From: Calditrichia bacterium
GTDB lineage: Bacteria; Calditrichota; Calditrichia; RBG-13-44-9
DNA length: 10,380 bases
Assembly (NCBI GenBank): GCA_037381445.1
Contig: JARRQT010000221.1
Span: forward strand, 1 to 10,380
Direction of reading: 5' to 3'
Positions 1-8,061 of the stretch are shown here, one piece after another (within the stretch, counting starts at the first letter, position 1; every line of letters starts with the position of its first letter). The translations under genes were made by a program, and so were the position numbers. The notes beneath the pieces were generated by a model. The model did not search any database. It saw only the letters and a program-made list of their open reading frames with translations, and was not told the origin of the DNA.

Positions 1-2
1 GT

Positions 3-407
3 TTTGTCCTGAGAAATCCGAGCAGTTATACGGAAGAACTCGCCCGTTTCCTTCTGATCTGGGTGGGATTGCTGGGAGCCAGCTATGCGGTCAGCAAGAA
101 ACTCCACCTGGCAATCGATTATTTCACGGGCAAAATTAAAGGGACCGGCCAGGTTTATGTTGAAATGTTCATCCAGTTTTGCGTCTTCAGCTTCGCACTC
201 TTTGTGATGGTGGTCGGCGGACTGCGCCTGGTGATCATTACCCTGACACTGAATCAGATCTCTGCCGCCCTTCAGATCCAACTGGGCTATGTGTATATGG
301 TCCTGCCCATCAGCGGATTACTCATCATGTTTTATTCGCTGCTTTTTATGATCGATCAGTTCCGGATTCTCTCCAACCGGAATGCCTCGGTCGAAAATCC
401 AAACTGA
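3..407 (+). CDS. dctQ: TRAP transporter small permease (DctQ family), 5'-truncated by the window edge
   Basis: The frame is open from base 3 (FVLRNPSSYTEELARFLLIWVGLLGASYA...HLAIDYF...SAALQIQLGYVYMVLPISG). EELAR, H-x-x-ID and the S-x-A-L/Y-x-x-x-P motifs are typical of DctQ. The protein is hydrophobic and lies directly upstream of a DctM gene. The ORF-track start at 63 is an internal GTG. Confidence 0.9.
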   Translation, partial: FVLRNPSSYTEELARFLLIWVGLLGASYAVSKKLHLAIDYFTGKIKGTGQVYVEMFIQFCVFSFALFVMVVGGLRLVIITLTLNQISAALQIQLGYVYMVLPISGLLIMFYSLLFMIDQFRILSNRNASVENPN

Positions 408-437
408 AACGAAAATTCAAAAACGTGAGCGTTCTCC

Positions 438-1736
438 ATGGAATGGATCGACGTTGTTGTTCTTGTCGCAAGTTTTGTGTTTCTCCTGATGGTCGGAGTT
501 CCCATCTCCTTCAGTATCGGCATCTCCACCATTCTCACCATGCTTCTGAGCATTCAGGCCATGCCGGCAGTCACCACGGTTGCGCAGCGCATGGCCACCG
601 GGCTGGACAGTTTTGCGCTGCTGGCAATCCCGTTTTTTATATTGTCCGGCCAGTTTATGAATCGGGGCGGAATTGCCCGGCGCCTTATTGATTTTGCCAA
701 GGTGCTGGTGGGCATGTTTCCCGGCGGTCTGGCATTCGTGAACATCATGGCCGCCATGCTGTTTGGCGCCATCTCCGGTTCTGCGGTGGCGGCGGCGGCG
801 GCGATTGGCGGATTCATGACCCCGCTGATGAAGGATGAAGGGTACGACCTGAATTACAGCGCCGCGGTCAATATCACATCCGCCACCACCGGCCTGATTA
901 TCCCCCCCAGCAATATTCTGATCGTATATTCGCTGGCCAGCGGCGGCGTATCCATCGCTGCGCTCTTCATTGCCGGTTACCTTCCCGGAATCCTGGTAGG
1001 GCTGGGGCTGATGCTGGTGGCCGGTTATATCGCCAAGAAAAAAGGCTATCCGGTCGGCGCGAGACTTAATCTCAAGGAAGCGACTCTCAGATTTCTGGAT
1101 GCCCTTCCCAGCCTGTTCATGATTGTGGTAGTAATCGGCGGAATTGTCGCGGGATACTTCACCGCCACGGAGGCTTCCGCCATTGCTGTCCTTTATACTT
1201 TCATACTTTCCGTCATTATTTACCGGGAAGTAAAGTGGAAAGAGATTCCCAAAATACTGCTGGACAGTTCGTCCACCACTGCTATCGTGATGCTGCTGAT
1301 CGGGACCTCCATGGGCATGTCGTGGATCATGTCCTACGAAAACATTCCCCAGAATGTGAGCGCCGCACTGCTGGCCCTGACCAACAGCAAAATCATCATA
1401 CTTTTGATCATTAATGTCATCCTTCTCATCGTGGGCACTTTCATGGATATGACCCCGGCGGTTTTGATTTTCACCCCCATCTTTCTGCCGGTGGTTATTC
1501 AACTGGGCATCAACCCCATCCAGTTCGGGATCATCATGGTGCTCAACCTCAGCATCGGACTGTGCACGCCGCCGGTGGGAAGCGTTCTGTTTGTGGGGAC
1601 CGGTATCGCGGGAACTACAATCACCAAAGTCATCAAACCATTGCTGCCGCTTTTCATTGCGATGATTGTGGCGCTGCTGCTCATTACCTATATCCCGGAA
1701 ATCGCCATGATACTGCCGAGATTGTTCGGCTATTAA
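438..1736 (+). CDS. dctM: TRAP transporter large permease (DctM family), probably for a sugar acid (uronate/aldonate)
   Basis: 432 aa, highly hydrophobic, with DctM motifs LLAIPFFIL, FGAISGSAVA, GLIIPPS, FTATEASAIA and GLCTPPVG. The substrate is inferred from the neighbouring genes only. Confidence 0.95.
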   Translation: MEWIDVVVLVASFVFLLMVGVPISFSIGISTILTMLLSIQAMPAVTTVAQRMATGLDSFALLAIPFFILSGQFMNRGGIARRLIDFAKVLVGMFPGGLAFVNIMAAMLFGAISGSAVAAAAAIGGFMTPLMKDEGYDLNYSAAVNITSATTGLIIPPSNILIVYSLASGGVSIAALFIAGYLPGILVGLGLMLVAGYIAKKKGYPVGARLNLKEATLRFLDALPSLFMIVVVIGGIVAGYFTATEASAIAVLYTFILSVIIYREVKWKEIPKILLDSSSTTAIVMLLIGTSMGMSWIMSYENIPQNVSAALLALTNSKIIILLIINVILLIVGTFMDMTPAVLIFTPIFLPVVIQLGINPIQFGIIMVLNLSIGLCTPPVGSVLFVGTGIAGTTITKVIKPLLPLFIAMIVALLLITYIPEIAMILPRLFGY

Positions 1737-1918
1737 AAATACCGGCACCGGGGGATCCCGGGGATTTTGGAATAGCAGCAAATATTTTGTCTGATACAAA
1801 TTGTAATTGAAATAGAATCGGGGAAGATGACCTGTCCTGAATTTGAATTCGCGATCGGATTTAGTGTAGCGGGTAATTTTGTTCTTCTTCTTGCAGAATT
1901 GGAAAAAGGAGTATTGAA

Positions 1919-2752
1919 ATGAATTTGTCAGAAATAACAAAAATGTATGATTTCACCGGCCGCACTGTTGTGGTGACGGGAGGCGCCGGTATTCTGGGCG
2001 GAGAGATGGCCTGTGCGCTGGCCGGATGCAATGCCAACGTCGTCATCCTGGACCGCGATCCGGCGCTGGCCGAACCCTTGCTGAAAAGAATTGGCGCTTG
2101 TGATGGCAGGACGATTGCGGTTTACGGCGATGTGCTGAAACCGGAAACGCTGCAACGGGCTGCGGAAGAGGTGGTCAAGACCTACGGTAGCATCGACGGT
2201 CTGATAAATTGCGCCGGGGGAAATCACCCCGATGCCACCACGGGACCGGACAAATCCTTCTTCGATCTGCCTCAGGATGCGTTTCGTTTTGTCTTCGATC
2301 TGAATCTGCTGGGGACCGTAACCGCCAGCCAGGCTTTCGGCAAATACATGGTGGAAAAGGGTGAGGGCGTCATTCTGAATGTGTCATCCATGAACGCATT
2401 CCGTCCGCTGACCAAAATTCCGGCCTATTCTTCCGCCAAGGCCGCGGTCAGCAATTTTACCCAATGGCTGGCGGTCCATATCGCCCAGGAATATTCGCCG
2501 AGCATCCGGGTCAATGCCATCGCTCCCGGTTTCTTTCTCACCAAACAGAACTATTTTCTGCTGAAGGACAAAGATACCGATGAACTGACGCCCCGGGGAC
2601 AGTCGATTCTGGCCCATACCCCCATGGGGCGCTTTGGCAAACCGGAAGATTTGCTGGGGGCTGTATTGTGGCTGCTCTCTCCGGCTTCCGCCTTTGTATC
2701 CGGCACGGTGCTGGCGATAGACGGCGGTTTCTCGGCCTACAGCGGCGTCTGA
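1919..2752 (+). CDS. uxuB: SDR-family D-mannonate oxidoreductase / fructuronate reductase (UxuB-like)
   Basis: Has the TGGAGILG Rossmann motif, an Asp at the end of beta2 (VILDRD, NAD-type) and the catalytic YSSAK. NVSSMNAFRPLTKIPAYSSAKAAVSNFTQWLAVH and HTPMGRFG resemble the Bacillus-type SDR mannonate oxidoreductases. RBS AAGGAG lies just upstream of the ATG. Confidence 0.8.
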   Translation: MNLSEITKMYDFTGRTVVVTGGAGILGGEMACALAGCNANVVILDRDPALAEPLLKRIGACDGRTIAVYGDVLKPETLQRAAEEVVKTYGSIDGLINCAGGNHPDATTGPDKSFFDLPQDAFRFVFDLNLLGTVTASQAFGKYMVEKGEGVILNVSSMNAFRPLTKIPAYSSAKAAVSNFTQWLAVHIAQEYSPSIRVNAIAPGFFLTKQNYFLLKDKDTDELTPRGQSILAHTPMGRFGKPEDLLGAVLWLLSPASAFVSGTVLAIDGGFSAYSGV

Positions 2753-4287
2753 TAATTTGTTGATCTGATCTTATACATCACTGGTTCGGGAAGTGGAATA
2801 ACTGGAAAGGGAATTTGGAGTGGAATTATCAACTGACTTGTCAAATATCGGCCGCTTGTCGGCCAATACCATTCGTCTGCTGGCCGCTGACGGCGTGCAG
2901 AAAGCCAATTCGGGACATCCCGGCATGCCCATGGGGATGGCGGACTGCGCCTATGTCCTGTGGACCCGGTTTCTGAAATTCAATCCGCAGGATCCGCAGT
3001 GGCCGGGCCGGGACCGTTTTATATTATCCGCCGGACACGGCTCCATGCTGCTGTATTCGCTGCTTCATCTCAGCGGCTATGGCGTCAGCATCGATGACCT
3101 GAAATCGTTCCGCCAATGGAACAGCCGGACCCCCGGCCATCCGGAATACGGCGGGCTGCCGGGCGTGGAAACAACCACCGGACCGCTGGGACAGGGTTTC
3201 GCCAACGGTATCGGGATGGCCATCGCGGCAAAGATCGCCGCTGAAAATTTTAACACCGGCGGGGTTCCCCTGTTCGGCAGCCATCATGTGTATGCGATTG
3301 TCAGCGACGGAGACCTGATGGAGGGCGTGTCCTCTGAGGCGGCTTCCCTGGCGGGACATCTGAAGCTGGGAAATATCATTTATCTCTATGATGACAACAA
3401 AATTACCATTGAAGGCAAAACCGACCTGGCCTTCACCGAAAGTGTCGCGCAGCGCTTTGAAGCATACGGCTGGCAGACCATCGCCGTCGACGGGCACAAT
3501 CAGGATGCCATTGAAGAGGCGATAAAAAAAGGAATTCAGGAAACCGGCAAACCGACCCTGATCCTGGCCAGAACGCACATCGGCTGCGGAAGCCCTCACA
3601 AACATGACACATCGGAAATTCACGGCGCGCCCATGGGACCGGAGGAACTCCGGGAAACGAAAATAGCCCTGGGTTTTCCGCCCGATGCCGATTTTCACGT
3701 TCCCGAAGAAGTGAAAAAACATTTCCGGGAGCGGGTGCAGACGCTGACCGCCGAATACGAGACGTGGCAGCAGCAGTTCATGGAGTGGCAGCAGAAAAAT
3801 CCCCAACTGGCTGAAAAATGGGAAGCGGCCCGGGACCGGAAAGTGCCCGGCGACATTGAGAAGTATCTGCTGGAAACAGTGAAAGACCAGAGCGGGGCGA
3901 CCCGTTCGCTGTCCGGCAAGGTGATGCAGAAAATAGCGGAAATGGTGCCTTCCTTTTACGGGGGGTCCGCGGACCTGGCGCCATCCACCAACACATTTAT
4001 GAAAAAATACGCCGCCATTTCTCCCGACGATTTTTCGGGACGCAATTTCCATTTCGGGGTGCGGGAACACGGCATGGGCGGGATTCTGAACGGCCTGGCC
4101 CTTTACGGCGGGTTCATCCCCTTCGGCGCCACATTTTTTGTGTTCTCCGATTATATGAGGCCGACCCTCCGGCTGGCGGCGATTTCCGGTCTGCAGGCGG
4201 TTTTTGTTTTTACCCACGACAGCATTTTTGTGGGGGAAGACGGCCCCACCCACCAGCCGGTGGAACAACTGGCGGCCCTGCGGGCCA

Positions 4288-4373
4288 TTCCCAACCTGAC
4301 GGTCATCCGTCCGGCAGACGGCCTGGAAACTTCCAAACCTGACGGTCATCCGACCGGCCGACGGCCTGGAAAC
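4288..4373 (+). repeat. 43-nt imperfect tandem duplication inside tkt causing a frameshift
   Basis: 4288-4330 is ttcccaacctgacggtcatccgtccggcagacggcctggaaac and 4331-4373 is ttccaaacctgacggtcatccgaccggccgacggcctggaaac. They match at 40 of 43 positions. Confidence 0.97.
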
Positions 4374-4832
4374 GGCCATGGCCTGGGGATACGCCCTGAA
4401 AAATCAGGACGCTCCCACGGCGCTGATTCTGACGCGCCAGAAGGTTGCGGAACTCAGGCGCGCGGATGATTTCGATCCTTACCTGGTGCAGAAAGGCGGC
4501 TACGTGCTCTCCCCGGAGAAGAATGCCGTGCCGGCGGTGGTCATCATTGCGACCGGCTCGGAAGCGGGGGTGGCGGTGCAGTGTCAGCAGATGCTGGAAG
4601 ATAACGGGATCTCCGCGCGGGTGGTTTCCATGCCCTCCATTGAGATTTTTAAGGCGCAGGACAGGAAATACCGGGACAGCGTGCTGCCCCGCGGGGACAG
4701 CATGTATGTGGTCATGGAAGCGGGCATCGCGCTGGGCTGGGGCGATCTGGTACGGGATGACTACCTGATGATCGGAATGGACCGCTACGGCGCTTCCGGA
4801 CCCTATACCATTCTGGCGGAACAGTTCGGTTT

Positions 4833-4860
4833 TACCGCGGAGAAGGTACCGCCGAGAAGG
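4833..4860 (+). repeat. 14-nt imperfect tandem duplication near the tkt 3' end causing a second frameshift
   Basis: 4833-4846 is taccgcggagaagg and 4847-4860 is taccgccgagaagg. They match at 13 of 14 positions. Confidence 0.9.
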
Positions 4861-4963
4861 CGGCCGGCAGAATCCTCGCCTGGCTGAAAACCGGCAATCC
4901 TGTTGTGAAAGATGAATAAGCGAAGACGGAAACGGAAAATATTGAATTCGAAGGAGAAATATC

Positions 4964-6373
4964 ATGCTGGATAAAAATATAGGAATCGTCGGCCTGGGCG
5001 TCATGGGACAGAACCTGGCGCTGAATATCGAGCGGAACGGCTACTCCGTGGCCGGCTTCGATCTGGATCCCAAAAAGGCGAAGCAGGCGGTGGATAAATT
5101 TAACGGCCGGGACATGGTGGTGCTGGCGACCATGGAAGAATTCATTCATAGCCTGGAAACACCCCGCAAAATTCTGATGATGGTGCCGGCCGGAAAAGCG
5201 GTCGATTCCGTGATCGGTGAGCTGAAGCCACACCTGCAGGCCGGCGATCTGCTGATCGACGGGGGAAACACCTATTTTGAAGACACCAACCGGCGCATTG
5301 AAGCGCTGAAAAGCAGCGGCATCCTCTATATCGGGACCGGCGTGAGCGGCGGCGAGGAAGGCGCGTTATGGGGCCCATCCATCATGCCCGGCGGGAATCC
5401 GGAGGCGTGGCCGCTGGTCAAACCGATCCTGCAGTCCATTTCCGCCAAGGTTGACGGCGATATTCCCTGCTGCGAGTGGGTGGGGAATGACGGGGCCGGC
5501 CATTTTGTGAAGATGGTCCATAACGGCATCGAATACGGCGACATGCAGATGATCTGCGAGGCCTACCTGCTGATGAAAAACATGCTGGGACTGACCCCGG
5601 ACGAGATGCACGACATTTTCGCGGAATGGAATAAAGGAGAACTGAACAGCTATCTCATCGAGATCACCAGCCAGATAATGGCCAAAAAAGATCCCGAAAC
5701 GGGCAAGCCGATGGTGGACGTGATACTGGACACCGCGGGACAGAAGGGGACCGGGAAATGGACCAGCCAGGTGGCGCTGGACCTGGGAATTCCCGCCCAG
5801 ACCATTGCGGAAGCGGTATTCGCGCGCATGCTGAGCGCCATCAAAGAAGAGCGGGTGGAAGCCTCGAAAATCCTGTCCGGGCCGGACAAAGCCTTTACCG
5901 GAAACCGGGAGGAATTTGTGGAGATGATCCGGCGCGCCCTGTACGCCTCCAAGATTTGCTCCTACGCCCAGGGATTTCAGCTCATGCAGGCCGCCAGCGA
6001 AGAATACGGCTGGAATATCAGTTTCGGGGACGTCTCCCTGCTGTGGCGGGGCGGCTGCATCATCCGGGCGCAGTTCCTGGGAAAAATCAAGGAAGCGTTT
6101 GAAGCGCAGCCCGAGCTTCCCAACCTGCTGCTCAATTCCTATTTCCGCAAGGCCATCGAGGCCAACCAGGAGGCCTGGCGGACGGTGGTGGCCGCCGCGG
6201 TGAGCCACGGCATTCCGGTGCCGGCTTTCAGCAGCGCGCTGTCCTATTATGATTCATACCGCACCGAGGTGCTGCCGGCCAATCTTCTGCAGGCCCAGCG
6301 GGACTTCTTCGGCGCGCATACCTACGAACGGGTGGACAGGCCGCGGGGAGAGTTTTTCCACACCGAATGGTGA
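4964..6373 (+). CDS. gnd: 6-phosphogluconate dehydrogenase, decarboxylating (long type)
   Basis: 469 aa with [61 protein letters not shown] and [29 protein letters not shown] lies upstream. Confidence 0.97.
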   Translation: MLDKNIGIVGLGVMGQNLALNIERNGYSVAGFDLDPKKAKQAVDKFNGRDMVVLATMEEFIHSLETPRKILMMVPAGKAVDSVIGELKPHLQAGDLLIDGGNTYFEDTNRRIEALKSSGILYIGTGVSGGEEGALWGPSIMPGGNPEAWPLVKPILQSISAKVDGDIPCCEWVGNDGAGHFVKMVHNGIEYGDMQMICEAYLLMKNMLGLTPDEMHDIFAEWNKGELNSYLIEITSQIMAKKDPETGKPMVDVILDTAGQKGTGKWTSQVALDLGIPAQTIAEAVFARMLSAIKEERVEASKILSGPDKAFTGNREEFVEMIRRALYASKICSYAQGFQLMQAASEEYGWNISFGDVSLLWRGGCIIRAQFLGKIKEAFEAQPELPNLLLNSYFRKAIEANQEAWRTVVAAAVSHGIPVPAFSSALSYYDSYRTEVLPANLLQAQRDFFGAHTYERVDRPRGEFFHTEW

Positions 6374-6387
6374 AAAAGTTTTGATTA

Positions 6388-6627
6388 AACGCGGATTCGA
6401 CATAACAAAGAAACCTATTAAATCATGTTAAAAACTCTTCTAAAACGTCATTCCCGCATGTCTCAAGCGGGAATCCACTCCAGCAGAATCGCAATTTGTT
6501 CTTCCCTGATCCGCTGGATTCTCCGGGATGGACCACTTTGTGGCGGCAATCCCCCGCAACAAGTGCGGGGCAGGCTCTGCCGGAATGACAATTAAACATG
6601 TGAGAGTTCTTGACTCGAATTCACGTT
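6388..6627. mobile_element. Putative non-autonomous MITE/REP-like element with 13-bp imperfect terminal inverted repeats
   Basis: The left end aacgcggattcga (6388-6400) matches the reverse complement of the right end tcgaattcacgtt (6615-6627), which is aacgtgaattcga, at 11 of 13 positions. The element contains internal REP-like palindromes, and its left end recurs at 10330-10380. No transposase is present in the window. Confidence 0.55.
6446..6589. repeat. Inverted pair of REP-like palindromes (CGTCATTCCCGC...GCGGGAATCCA / TGGATT...CCGGAATGAC) with a nested hairpin
   Basis: Stem attcccgc (6450-6457) pairs with gcgggaat (6467-6474). The opposing partial copy is tggatt (6515-6520) ... ccggaatgac (6580-6589). 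The nested hairpin is ccccgca-acaag-tgcgggg (6552-6570). The sequence resembles the widespread GTCATTCCC...GGGAATCC (CGTC-type/dRS3-like) repeat class. Confidence 0.7.
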
Positions 6628-6714
6628 AACTATTCATAAAGCTGTTTATCAAAGAAGGCTGTAAAAAAATGAAAGTTTTAAAATCGTATCGATGGGGCGA
6701 GGAGGAGGACTAAT

Positions 6715-7983
6715 ATGGTTATCGGAAACGGATCAACGGAGCGGCTGCTGACAGAACGGGAAGTTCTGGATTTATGCGGAGAAGCATTTGCGGGACGGAA
6801 ACTGGACGGAAAGCGGATACTGGCGATTATACCGGATCACTCACGCACCGCCCCCATCGATATGATGTTTCGAACGGTTTATAAACTGCTGGCGGAGCGG
6901 GCGGCGCGGCTGGATTTCATGGTGGCGCTGGGCACCCATCCGCCCATGAGCGATGAGGCCATCAACAAACGGGTGGGCATCACGCAGCAGGAGAGAAGCA
7001 CCAAATACCCTAAAGCCCGCTTTTTCAATCACCACTGGAAAGACCCCAACCAGCTCCGCAGCGCGGGAATCATTACGGAGGATGAGGTCGCCGAAATCTC
7101 CGGCGGGCGGATGCGCCGGGAAGTGAATGTCACCATCAATAAACAGGTATATGATTACGATATTCTCATGATCATCGGGCCGACATTTCCACATGAGGTG
7201 GTAGGATTCTCGGGCGGGAACAAGTATCTCTTCCCGGGAATCGCCGGCCAGGAAATCATCGACATGTTCCACTGGCTGGGCGCCCTCATCACCAATCCGT
7301 CCATTATCGGGACAAAATACACGCCGGTACGCAAGGTGGTGGACCGGGCCGCCGCCATGCTGCCCATGGAACGCCTGTGCCTGAGCCTGGTGGTCAAGGG
7401 AGCCGATCTGGCGGGGCTTTATATCGGGAGTCCGGAAGAAGCCTGGGAAGCGGCCGCCGGTCTGTCGGACAAGCTTCATATCACCTACAAGGACCGGCCT
7501 TTCCGCAAGGTGCTGTCCCGCGCGCCGGAGATGTATGACGATCTGTGGACCGGCGGCAAATGCATGTACAAGCTGGAGCCGGTGGTGGCGGACGGCGGGG
7601 AGCTGATCATCTACGCGCCGCACATTAAGGAAGTCTCCGTCACCCACGGGGAAATCATCGAGAAGATCGGCTACCATGTCCGGGACTATTTTGTAAAACA
7701 GATGGATAAATTCAGGGATATTCCGGGCGGCGTCATGGCCCATTCCACCCATGTAAAAGGCATCGGCAGCTACGAAAACGGCGTCGAAAAGCCGCGGGTG
7801 AAGGTGGTGCTGGCAACACAGATCCCGGAGGCGGTCTGCCGGAAAATCAATATGGGATACCGGGACCCCGCCACCATCGACATTGAGGAATGGAAAGACC
7901 GGGAAGAGGAGGGAATTCTCTACGTGCCCAAGGCCGGGGAGATGCTTTACCGGCTGAAGGACGATCCTTTCCGGCAGTCATGA
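6715..7983 (+). CDS. LarA-superfamily (lactate racemase domain, nickel-pincer nucleotide dependent) alpha-hydroxy-acid racemase/epimerase; candidate D-mannonate/D-gluconate 2-epimerase
   Basis: 422 aa with LarA-like motifs IIPDHSRT, VALGTHPPM, FFNHHW, FPHEVVGFSGGNKYLFPGIAG, DMFHW and VVADGGELII. Strong RBS GGAGGAGG. The family call comes from motifs and the substrate only from gene context. Confidence 0.85.
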   Translation: MVIGNGSTERLLTEREVLDLCGEAFAGRKLDGKRILAIIPDHSRTAPIDMMFRTVYKLLAERAARLDFMVALGTHPPMSDEAINKRVGITQQERSTKYPKARFFNHHWKDPNQLRSAGIITEDEVAEISGGRMRREVNVTINKQVYDYDILMIIGPTFPHEVVGFSGGNKYLFPGIAGQEIIDMFHWLGALITNPSIIGTKYTPVRKVVDRAAAMLPMERLCLSLVVKGADLAGLYIGSPEEAWEAAAGLSDKLHITYKDRPFRKVLSRAPEMYDDLWTGGKCMYKLEPVVADGGELIIYAPHIKEVSVTHGEIIEKIGYHVRDYFVKQMDKFRDIPGGVMAHSTHVKGIGSYENGVEKPRVKVVLATQIPEAVCRKINMGYRDPATIDIEEWKDREEEGILYVPKAGEMLYRLKDDPFRQS

Positions 7984-7991
7984 ACGAATCC

Positions 7992-8026
7992 GCGGACCGG
8001 TAGCCGCCGGCCTGCTTTAATTTTTT
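7992..8026 (+). terminator. Possible intrinsic terminator between the larA-like and pfk-like genes
   Basis: An imperfect GC stem gcggaccgg (7992-8000) / ccggcctgc (8007-8015), with one G-U pair and one mismatch, is followed by tttaatttttt. Confidence 0.4.
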
Positions 8027-8061
8027 ATCACGGGAGTTGATCAATATTTTGAGGTGCGCAT

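Larger units (their letters stand above)
2820..4919 (+). pseudogene. tkt: Transketolase, frameshifted as assembled (fragments 2820-4469 and 4378-4887; true C-terminal tail ends at 4919); probably intact in vivo
   Basis: Motifs present: ANSGHPGMPMG, DRFILSAGHGS, TPGHPEY, GVETTTGPLGQG, SDGDLMEG (ThDP), THDSIFVGEDGPTHQPVE and IIATGSE...RVVSMPS. Removing one copy each of the 43-nt and 14-nt duplications gives a continuous 2043-nt ORF (680 aa) ending FGFTAEKAAGRILAWLKTGNPVVKDE*. GTG start. Confidence 0.9.

Noticed and set aside
1748..1761. Hairpin ccggg-ggat-cccgg after dctM as a terminator
   Set aside because: The stem is only 5 bp and the following T run is short and offset, which is too weak to call.
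417..1940. 507-aa minus-strand ORF
   Set aside because: It is an antisense shadow of dctM, with no recognisable motifs and the H/Q/D/N-rich composition expected from the reverse complement of hydrophobic codons.
4288..4373. CRISPR array or DGR template/variable repeat
   Set aside because: There are only two abutting copies with no spacer. The differences are synonymous and not one-directional from adenine, and no cas or reverse transcriptase gene is present.
4288..4469. Programmed ribosomal frameshift in tkt
   Set aside because: There is no slippery heptamer at the junction. The shift is fully explained by the 43-nt duplication, and a second shift would also be required.
4378..4887. Genuine split (two-subunit) transketolase
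   Set aside because: Natural split transketolases break between the PP and Pyr domains. Here the break is inside the Pyr domain, coincides with the duplication, and the ATG at 4378 has no clear RBS.
3024..5004. Minus-strand ORFs of 451 aa (3024-4379) and 233 aa (4303-5004)
   Set aside because: They are antisense shadows of transketolase in GC-rich coding DNA and show no protein motifs.
6249..6431. 60-aa ORF overlapping the gnd 3' end
   Set aside because: It is an out-of-frame overlap that runs into the repeat element, with no RBS or motif.
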